From Campylobacterales bacterium (GTDB taxonomy: Bacteria > Campylobacterota > Campylobacteria > Campylobacterales > JAADDG01): DNA of 32,979 bases. This document shows, piece after piece, positions 26,120 to 32,979 of this stretch. Below the pieces are notes generated by a model, which worked only from the letters and a program-made list of their open reading frames with translations, was not told the DNA's origin and did no database searches. The DNA is taken from positions 1 through 32,979 of the forward strand of contig JALVCR010000117.1 of NCBI GenBank assembly GCA_027009865.1. Direction: 5' to 3'. Each line of letters starts with the position of its first letter. The stretch's first letter is position 1. The translations under genes were made by a program, and so were the position numbers.

Positions 26120-26335
26120 TCTCGTATTTTTTTAATGAATCTTCATGGAATCATGGTTTTAATAATTTTATACTTATTAATTAAATAGATAAATTATGAA
26201 ATCTTCTATTCTCTACTCAACTTTTTTGATATACTTGAAAAACTTATGATTATCTAATCAGAGTTTTAGCCAAATTAAAATATAATAAACCGATTTTTAG
26301 CGATTATGAAAATTTAAGTTTGGAGTAAAAAAGAA

Positions 26336-27706
26336 ATGCAAAAAAATATAAAATATATTTCATTGGGGTTTGCTTCCACTCTCCTTGCCACCTCTTTAAT
26401 GTTATCTCCTTCTCTATTTGCAAAAGCAGAACCAAAAGGCAGACAGGAAACAACTCAAGATAAATTACAAGCTTTAGCCAAATTTACCAAAGTAATAACT
26501 CTTGTAGAGAAATATTATGTTGACGAATTGAATATAACGGATATAATAAACAAAGCTATTTCGGGACTTTTGACAAATCTTGACGCTCATTCATCATTTT
26601 TGGATAAAAAAAGCTACAAAGAACTTCAAATTCAAACCGAAGGCGAGTTTGGCGGTCTTGGAATTACTGTGGGAATTAGAGACGGAGCGCTTACCGTTAT
26701 AGCGCCGATAGAGGATACGCCCGCTTATAAAGCCGGTTTGAAAGCCGGGGATATTATCTTAAAAATTGATGATAAATCCACTTTGAATATGACGCTTGAC
26801 GAGGCTGTCTCTTTAATGAGAGGGAAACCTAAAACAAGCGTGGTTTTAACGATTATAAGAAAGGGCGAGAGCAAGCCTTTGGTAGTAAAAATAGTAAGAG
26901 ATATAATTAAAGTAAAATCTGTCTATTCCAAAATGGTAGAGGGAAGCAAAATTTTATATCTAAGAGTTACCAATTTTGATAGGAAAGTGGAGAGAAACGT
27001 TAGAAAAGCTATAAAAAGTCATAAAAATATTGAAGGTATTATTTTAGATCTTAGAAACAATCCCGGAGGTCTTCTAAGTCAGGCAGTAGGTCTTGTGGAT
27101 CTTTTTGTAGATAAGGGAGTTATTGTTTCTCAAAAAGGAAGAGCCGAAGGAGAGGATGAAGTTTATAAAGCTTCAAAAATATCTACCGTTTACAAAGGCC
27201 CATTGGTGGTTTTGGTAAATGAGGGAAGTGCGAGTGCCAGCGAAATTGTAAGCGGTTCTCTTCAAGATCACAAAAGAGCGGTTATAGTAGGGCAGAAAAC
27301 ATTTGGAAAAGGAAGCGTTCAGGTAATTATGCCTATTGACAAAAACGAGGCTTTAAGGCTTACGATAGCAAGATACTATCTGCCAAGCGGAAGAACCATT
27401 CAGGCTGTGGGAGTAACTCCAGATATAACCGTATATCCCGGAAAAGTTCCGCATCAAGAGGATAAACTTGCCATAAAAGAGAGCGAGCTTAAAAAACATC
27501 TAAAAAGCGAGCTTGAGAAGATAGAGGGCAAAAAGAAAGCAAAGAAAAAGAAAGAAAAAAATAAAAAGAAAAATATTATAACCAAAGAGGATATTTTAAA
27601 TGATATTCAATTAAAAACAGCGATAGATACCATAAAGGTGCTTGAGATTTCAAAATCTAAAGATACCACTTTAGAAAATAAAAAAGATACTAAAAAGAAA
27701 AAATAG
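26336..27706 (+). CDS. ctpA: C-terminal processing protease, peptidase S41A with PDZ domain
   Basis: Signal peptide, GEFGGLGI, DLRNNPGG, SASASEI, TFGKGSVQ and ARYYLPSG. Confidence 0.93.
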   Translation: MQKNIKYISLGFASTLLATSLMLSPSLFAKAEPKGRQETTQDKLQALAKFTKVITLVEKYYVDELNITDIINKAISGLLTNLDAHSSFLDKKSYKELQIQTEGEFGGLGITVGIRDGALTVIAPIEDTPAYKAGLKAGDIILKIDDKSTLNMTLDEAVSLMRGKPKTSVVLTIIRKGESKPLVVKIVRDIIKVKSVYSKMVEGSKILYLRVTNFDRKVERNVRKAIKSHKNIEGIILDLRNNPGGLLSQAVGLVDLFVDKGVIVSQKGRAEGEDEVYKASKISTVYKGPLVVLVNEGSASASEIVSGSLQDHKRAVIVGQKTFGKGSVQVIMPIDKNEALRLTIARYYLPSGRTIQAVGVTPDITVYPGKVPHQEDKLAIKESELKKHLKSELEKIEGKKKAKKKKEKNKKKNIITKEDILNDIQLKTAIDTIKVLEISKSKDTTLENKKDTKKKK

Positions 27707-27715
27707 GAAAAGAGG

Positions 27716-28435
27716 ATGCAAAAAAGAGAACTTTTATATGAAGGAAAAGCTAAAAAGCTTTACAAAACTGATAATGATAGTTTGCTTATAGCTGAGTTTA
27801 AAGATGATTTAACGGCTTTCAACGCCTTAAAGAAGGGAAAAGAGGAGGGCAAAGGGGCGCTTAATGCAAAAATAAGCGCAAAACTTTTCAAGCTTCTTGA
27901 AGAAAACGGCATAAAAACCCATCTTGTAGAGGTTTTAGACGATACGCACCATCTTGTAAAAAATCTTAAAATTATACAAATAGAGGTTGTAGTAAGAAAT
28001 ATTGCCGCCGGCTCTTTGAGCAGAAGGCTTGGAATAAAAGAGGGCAAAGTTCTCCCTTTTTCGTTAGTTGAATTTTATTACAAAAACGATGAACTGCAAG
28101 ATCCTTTAATAAACGACGAGCATGCTCTTTTATTAGATCTTGTAGAGCATGAAGACGAGCTTGAAGAGCTAAAGAGACTTGGAAGAGAGATAAACGTCGT
28201 TTTAAAATCATTTTTTGCAAAGAGAGGTTTAAAGCTTGTGGATTTTAAATTGGAATTTGGAAAAGATGAAGACGGAAATATCTATTTAGCCGATGAGATA
28301 AGCCCCGATAGCTGCAGATTTTGGGATATGCAAAGCGGCGAGAAGCTTGATAAGGACAGATTCAGAGAGGGGCTTGGAGGAGTTAAAGTAGCTTATGAAG
28401 AGGTTTTAAAAAGAATTTCAGAGGATATAAAATGA
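27716..28435 (+). CDS. purC: SAICAR synthase
   Basis: [36 protein letters not shown] and DKDRFR. Confidence 0.97.
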   Translation: MQKRELLYEGKAKKLYKTDNDSLLIAEFKDDLTAFNALKKGKEEGKGALNAKISAKLFKLLEENGIKTHLVEVLDDTHHLVKNLKIIQIEVVVRNIAAGSLSRRLGIKEGKVLPFSLVEFYYKNDELQDPLINDEHALLLDLVEHEDELEELKRLGREINVVLKSFFAKRGLKLVDFKLEFGKDEDGNIYLADEISPDSCRFWDMQSGEKLDKDRFREGLGGVKVAYEEVLKRISEDIK

Positions 28436-28671
28436 AAGTTGTAGTTAATGTCAGTTTAAAAGAGGGAGTTTTAGACCCGCAGGGAAAAGCTGTGCACCAC
28501 GCTTTGGGTTCTTTAGGTTTCAACGAGGTTAAAGATGTTAGAATAGGCAAAAGAATCGTTTTGGACATAGATGGGGAAAACAAAGAGGAGATAAAAAGTA
28601 GAGTTAAGGATATGTGCGAGGAGCTTTTGGCAAATACGGTAATAGAAGACTATTTTATAGAGGTTGAGTAA
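28432..28671 (+). CDS. purS: FGAM synthase subunit PurS
   Basis: VLDPQG, VRIGK and [10 protein letters not shown]. Confidence 0.96.
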   Translation: MKVVVNVSLKEGVLDPQGKAVHHALGSLGFNEVKDVRIGKRIVLDIDGENKEEIKSRVKDMCEELLANTVIEDYFIEVE

Positions 28672-28673
28672 TT

Positions 28674-29345
28674 ATGAGAGCTGCCGTTATCGTTTTTCCG
28701 GGAACAAATTGCGAGTTTGACACCAAATACGCCCTAAATAAGCTCTCTTTTGAAGTGGATATGGTATGGCACAAAAAGGAGAGTTTAAGGGATGATCTTG
28801 ATTTGGTAGTCTTGCCGGGAGGATTTAGTTATGGAGACTATTTAAGAAGCGGAGCTATCAGCAAATTTGCTCCCATTATGAAAGCTGTTATGGAGTATGC
28901 CAAAAAGGGCGGATATGTGCTTGGCATATGCAACGGTTTTCAGATTCTTTTAGAATCTCATATGCTTCCCGGAGCTATGATGAAAAACAGAAACGTTCAT
29001 TTTATCTCAAAATATCACGGCCTTAAAGTGATAAATAATAACAACAAATTTCTATCTAAAACCAAAGTCGGGGATATTTTAAAAGTTCCGATAGCCCACG
29101 GAGAGGGCAATTATTATATAGATAGCGATTCGCTTAAATCTCTTTATGATAATGAGCAGGTAATTTTAAAATATTGCGATGAAAATGGAGAGGATTTAAA
29201 TCCAAACGGCTCTGTCGATTCTATTGCGGGAATCTGCAACAGGGAGAAAAATATTTTCGGCCTTATGCCCCATCCCGAAAGGGCGGTGGAGTCTATTTTA
29301 GGCTCAGTTGATGGAATAAAAATGTTAGAGGGTTTTCTCTCTTGA
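28674..29345 (+). CDS. purQ: FGAM synthase glutaminase subunit PurQ
   Basis: FPGTNC, PGGFSYGDYLR, GICNGFQIL and MPHPER. Confidence 0.97.
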   Translation: MRAAVIVFPGTNCEFDTKYALNKLSFEVDMVWHKKESLRDDLDLVVLPGGFSYGDYLRSGAISKFAPIMKAVMEYAKKGGYVLGICNGFQILLESHMLPGAMMKNRNVHFISKYHGLKVINNNNKFLSKTKVGDILKVPIAHGEGNYYIDSDSLKSLYDNEQVILKYCDENGEDLNPNGSVDSIAGICNREKNIFGLMPHPERAVESILGSVDGIKMLEGFLS

Positions 29346-30601
29346 GGATTTTGAAATTAATTTTATTAATTTGTCTTGCTTTTCCTCTTTTTGGAGAGGA
29401 GCCTTCGGTTTTTGACGATGAGGACAGCTATACTGTTGAATTTCCTATTCCAAAATCTCTTCAGAAAAAAGCTTCTCCTAAAAAGCCTCTCGCAAAAACT
29501 GAAGAAGAGATTTTTGGAAAAAAAATTAATAAAAATAGTGAAAAAAAAGATATAAAACCATTTATAAGAACAAATCCAAAGCCTCTTAGGGCTCAATCGC
29601 TTTTTCTCTCTTTTGAGAGATTGCCAAAGAGAGTTTATGTAAAGGAAATTTTTCCCGTAACCGTAAAAAGTATAGCTGTTTTTAAAAATCTTCAATCTTT
29701 AAGCTATTCTCTAATCGGAGGCAAAGATTTTAATCTCTTAAATAAAGAGGCTCTTTTTGAAAAGATAGACGAAAATGAATATAAAATTACTCTCTATTTT
29801 CAGCTTCTATCTTTGAAAGGAAAACTTCCTTTAATTAAAGTTACCGCAAAAGATAAAAGCGGATATATTGAAAGCTCCACTCTCTCTTTCAAACCGGTAA
29901 AGGTCTTTTCTCTAAGGCATGATAAATATTTTTGCAATGTTTTAGCCGACTCTTTGAATGTAGAGAAGTATAAAACCACAAGATTTGATGAAAACAGTTA
30001 TATGTTTGTGATGAAAATAGCGGCAAAAAGGGCAAATATTGACGATTTTCATCTTGACTGGGTTTTAAGAGACAAGATAGAGAGCAAAAAAGGGGATTTT
30101 TTAGAGTCAAATTTTATCTATATAGCTTTCATTCCCTCTTCTACAAAAGAGTTTAATTTTAAATATTTTAATTTACAAAACAGAAGATTTGAGAATTTCT
30201 CTTTTCCGGTTGTTCTAGAAAAAGAGGAGCTTAGCACTCAGCTTGATTTAAACCCTAAAGCTTCAAATTTCGATATATACAAAAATATATTTTTAGCCAC
30301 TGTTGCTTTAATATTTTTAACTCTTTTTGCCTTTAAAATCAAAAAAAACAGATGGGCTGTTATTTATCTCTTTATCGCTTTGGCTATTGGAGCTTATGTG
30401 ATAAAAGATGAGCTTCCTTTTTCTGATATAACTTTAAAAGAGGGGGCTAAAGTTACCATTTTGCCGACAAGAAACTCCACCATTTTTTATACAGCCCCAA
30501 AAAGTATGAGAGTGAAGGTTTTAAACAGAGTAGATCCATATTATAAAGTTTTGCTTCCCAATAATAAGATAGGATGGGTTAAAAATGAAGATATTAAATA
30601 A
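29342..30601 (+). CDS. Exported/membrane protein with a C-terminal SH3-like domain
   Basis: N-terminal signal, two transmembrane segments near the C-terminus, terminal YYKVLLPNNKIGWVK; coupled to purQ and plsC. Confidence 0.7.
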   Translation: MRILKLILLICLAFPLFGEEPSVFDDEDSYTVEFPIPKSLQKKASPKKPLAKTEEEIFGKKINKNSEKKDIKPFIRTNPKPLRAQSLFLSFERLPKRVYVKEIFPVTVKSIAVFKNLQSLSYSLIGGKDFNLLNKEALFEKIDENEYKITLYFQLLSLKGKLPLIKVTAKDKSGYIESSTLSFKPVKVFSLRHDKYFCNVLADSLNVEKYKTTRFDENSYMFVMKIAAKRANIDDFHLDWVLRDKIESKKGDFLESNFIYIAFIPSSTKEFNFKYFNLQNRRFENFSFPVVLEKEELSTQLDLNPKASNFDIYKNIFLATVALIFLTLFAFKIKKNRWAVIYLFIALAIGAYVIKDELPFSDITLKEGAKVTILPTRNSTIFYTAPKSMRVKVLNRVDPYYKVLLPNNKIGWVKNEDIK

Positions 30602-31283
30602 GCTTAGAGCTTTATATGTTTTAATCGAGTTTTCCGTAACGGTAACCGGTGTGATAATTTTGATGTATCTTTTTCCAGAGAAAAACAGAGAGATTAGAAG
30701 AAAGTGGGCGAAACTTCAATCCAAACTGATTGGCTATAAAATCATTCAAAAAGGCAAAATAGACAAAGATGCAAATCTTCTTTTGATAAATCATCAAAGT
30801 CTTTTGGATATTGTCGTTTTAGAAGATATACATTCGGCAAATTTGGCGTGGGTTGCAAAAAAAGAGATAGAGAAAATGCCAGTTTTCGGCCATATTCTAA
30901 AGCCTCCCAAAATGATAGTCGTTGATAGGGAAGATAAAAAATCTTTGATAAAACTTCTAAGAGATGTGAAAGATAGATTAAAAAATAACAGAGTGATAGC
31001 CATTTTCCCGGAAGGGACAAGAAGCAGGGGGGATAGGCTTTTAAAATTTAAAAACGGCCCCAAATTTTTGGCCGAAAAACTCTCCCTGAAAGTTCAGCCT
31101 GTAGTTGTGGTAAATACAAGAGCCGTTGTGGATTCAAAAGATTTAAGCGTAGATGTAAGCAAACCCGTTAAAGTAATATTTTTAGACTCCTTCTATCCTA
31201 AAGAGAGAGGGGAGAGTTGGTATGAAGATTTAAGAGAGGAGATGGAGAGAGTTTTAAAAAGAGAGCTTCAAGAAGAAGAATAA
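30585..31283 (+). CDS. plsC: 1-acyl-sn-glycerol-3-phosphate acyltransferase
   Basis: NHQSLLDI, AKKE, VDR and IFPEGTRS. Confidence 0.93.
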   Translation: MKILNKLRALYVLIEFSVTVTGVIILMYLFPEKNREIRRKWAKLQSKLIGYKIIQKGKIDKDANLLLINHQSLLDIVVLEDIHSANLAWVAKKEIEKMPVFGHILKPPKMIVVDREDKKSLIKLLRDVKDRLKNNRVIAIFPEGTRSRGDRLLKFKNGPKFLAEKLSLKVQPVVVVNTRAVVDSKDLSVDVSKPVKVIFLDSFYPKERGESWYEDLREEMERVLKRELQEEE

Positions 31284-31298
31284 TTTTTTTCCCCTCTT

Positions 31299-31352
31299 TG
31301 CCTATTTTTTAATCACATTTTTTAAAACATCGATTAAAAATTAATCTATAAT
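31299..31352 (+). promoter_or_regulatory. Two 17-bp palindromic sites and the -10 box upstream of amtB
   Basis: TGCCTA-N5-TAATCA (31299-31315), CGATTA-N5-TAATCT (31331-31347) and TATAAT (31347-52). Confidence 0.45.
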
Positions 31353-31382
31353 ATAGAAAATTTTTTAAAAAGGGAGCAGCTT

Positions 31383-32546
31383 ATGGACGCATCGGTTTTT
31401 AGTTATGTAGTGGATACTCTGTTTGCGCTTTTTGCCATGACGCTTATTATTTTGATGGTTCCGGGGTTTGCCATGCTTGAGGCCGGGCTTGTTAGAACAA
31501 AAAACGTAACTGCTGTTTTAACAGTAAATACGATGATATATGCGGTGGCTTCTCTTTCTTTTCTTTTAATCGGATATTTTGTAGCTTTCGGTTCGTGGGA
31601 GTTTGCCACCTCTCTTAGCAAATGGGCTTTTTTCCTTTTTCAGATGGCTTTTGTCGGAAAAGTTGTAAATATTATGAGCGGGGGAGTGAGCGAGAGAACC
31701 GCTATTATTCCTCTTACTATCTTTACTGTAGTTATGTCGGCTTTGATTTATCCTTTTATTGTTAATATAACTTGGGGAACTGGAGCTTTGTTTCATTTAG
31801 ATATACACGATTTAGCAGGCTCTACCGTAATTCACTCAACCGGGGGATGGGCTCTTCTTGCAGCTATTTTGATAATAGGGCCAAGAAAGGGAAGATTTGT
31901 AGATGGAAAGGTTAAAGTAATTCCAGCTTCCAATATCCCTCTTGTGGTGCTTGGAGCTTTGCTTCTTTGGATTGGATGGTTTGGTTTTAACGGAGGTTCA
32001 GTTGGTTCAATCTCTTCAAAAGAGAGCGCCGATACGGTGGCTTTAACAGTTATGAATACAAATACCGCAGGACTTGCCGGAGCTATTATCGTTATGGTTT
32101 TAAACTACTGGAAATATAAAAAGTTTGATATCACTATGATTTTAAACGGAGCTTTGGGAGGACTTGTGGCAATTACAGCGGGAGCCGATAAATTTGGAAT
32201 TTACACTCCGATTATTATTGGAATTATTGGAGGAGCTTTGGTATTTTACGCAGTTCCTTTCTTTGATAAACTTAAAATAGACGATCCCGTTGGAGCGCTT
32301 TCTGTGCATTTGGTAAACGGAATTTGGGGAACTTTGGCGGTTGGAATTTTTTCAGATGTTTCTTTGTTTACTCAGATTATAGGAGTTGTGGTTGTCGGAG
32401 TTATAGCTTTTGTAAGCTCTTATGCAGTTTTATTTGCCATAAACAAATTCTTTCCTTTCAGAGTTTCAGACGATGTTCAAACGGAAGGTTTGGATTTGGA
32501 GCTTTGCGGATTGGAGTCTTATCCGGAGTTTAAGAGATCCATTTAA
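31383..32546 (+). CDS. amtB: Ammonium transporter
   Basis: GFAMLEAG, FQMAF, DLAGSTVIH, LWIGWFGFNGGS and DDPVGALSVH (both conserved His present). Confidence 0.95.
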   Translation: MDASVFSYVVDTLFALFAMTLIILMVPGFAMLEAGLVRTKNVTAVLTVNTMIYAVASLSFLLIGYFVAFGSWEFATSLSKWAFFLFQMAFVGKVVNIMSGGVSERTAIIPLTIFTVVMSALIYPFIVNITWGTGALFHLDIHDLAGSTVIHSTGGWALLAAILIIGPRKGRFVDGKVKVIPASNIPLVVLGALLLWIGWFGFNGGSVGSISSKESADTVALTVMNTNTAGLAGAIIVMVLNYWKYKKFDITMILNGALGGLVAITAGADKFGIYTPIIIGIIGGALVFYAVPFFDKLKIDDPVGALSVHLVNGIWGTLAVGIFSDVSLFTQIIGVVVVGVIAFVSSYAVLFAINKFFPFRVSDDVQTEGLDLELCGLESYPEFKRSI

Positions 32547-32550
32547 AAAT

Positions 32551-32572
32551 CGGGCTTTTTGCCCGTCTTCTT
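32551..32572 (+). terminator. Intrinsic terminator after amtB
   Basis: CGGGC-TTTTT-GCCCG followed by TCTTCTT. Confidence 0.65.
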
Positions 32573-32612
32573 ATGCTATAATCCCTCTTATTTTTCTTTC
32601 AAAGAATATGCT

Positions 32613-32979
32613 ATGAAACAAAACTATTTGGATAAATTTCAAAAAGCTGTTGAAAACTCAAGATTTAATAAATTAAATCAAAAAGATAGGGAGTTTGTTA
32701 AAAATTTTGCTTTAAATTATAAACTCTCATATCAGGAGATAAAGACTCTTTGCGATATAGGCGTGGACTTTTCTATGTGGAGGGAAGAGCCTTTACATAA
32801 AATCGCCACACTAAATACAAATCCCAAAAATCCTAAATTGGAAAAAAAGAGGATTTTAGACGAGATTAAAAACAGGTGGCAAAAGCTTAAAAACTCTCCG
32901 ATGAGATTTGATAATTTTAAGTTTTATAAGCCAAGAAAGATATCCTTAAACTCTATGGAAAAAGATGAAATTGGTTTTG
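32613..32979 (+). CDS. Partial ORF running off the window; tentatively the N-terminus of a spore-photoproduct-lyase-like radical SAM protein
   Basis: Open frame MKQNYLDKFQKAVENSRF...LSYQEIKTLCDIGVDFSMWREEPL...EKDEIGF with TGCTATAAT at 32574-82. The product call is recalled resemblance only; no catalytic motif lies within the window. Confidence 0.4.
   Translation, partial: MKQNYLDKFQKAVENSRFNKLNQKDREFVKNFALNYKLSYQEIKTLCDIGVDFSMWREEPLHKIATLNTNPKNPKLEKKRILDEIKNRWQKLKNSPMRFDNFKFYKPRKISLNSMEKDEIGF

Noticed and set aside
26195-26248. 17-codon ORF (MKSSILYSTFLIYLKNL) upstream of ctpA
   Set aside because: No RBS, and it overlaps a probable promoter (TGATATACT); likely chance.
27480-27706. A-rich low-complexity stretch at the ctpA 3' end
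   Set aside because: Encodes a Lys-rich linker and tail in an intact frame; not a repeat element.
510-32533. Numerous short antisense or alternate-frame ORFs in the track (e.g. 510..743, 3162..3452, 7682..8107, 10435..10764, 25689..25877, 29366..29695, 32324..32533)
   Set aside because: They lie within or overlap well-supported genes, show the Phe/Ser/Leu-rich composition expected of shadow frames, and carry no recognisable motif.

Overview
AT-rich, gene-dense chromosomal window. It most likely comes from a free-living Campylobacterota (Epsilonproteobacteria), inferred from the rrf2-flhA-DHH/rpsO and purC-purS-purQ-plsC synteny and the many TGnTATAAT extended -10 promoters. In order it contains: lipA (partial)-lipB-E3-E2 of a 2-oxoacid dehydrogenase with no E1 in view; a membrane protein; a secreted protein with two tandem repeats, coupled to a SAM methyltransferase; a Tat-exported type II SQR-like flavoprotein; a second, paralogous methyltransferase; yggS; an Asp-box beta-propeller protein; hsp20 with HAIR-like and CIRCE-like operators; a partial cobalamin operon (cbiET, cbiF, cbiG, cbiH); a translationally coupled sulfotransferase-cysD-cysN-cysC-cysQ operon; a RelE/HigB-type toxin pseudogene (two in-frame TAA) with an intact HTH antitoxin, followed by attC-like sequence; DHH, flhA and rrf2; a degenerate GGDEF protein that keeps its RxxD I-site; rpsO; ctpA; purC, purS, purQ; an SH3-type membrane protein; plsC; amtB; and a partial ORF at the right edge. 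No rRNA, tRNA, CRISPR array, transposase or integrase was seen. The best candidate for an undescribed system is the self-contained PAPS/sulfotransferase operon, possibly working with the nearby methyltransferase pair, beta-propeller and secreted protein to modify a surface glycan. That wider link is inference only.
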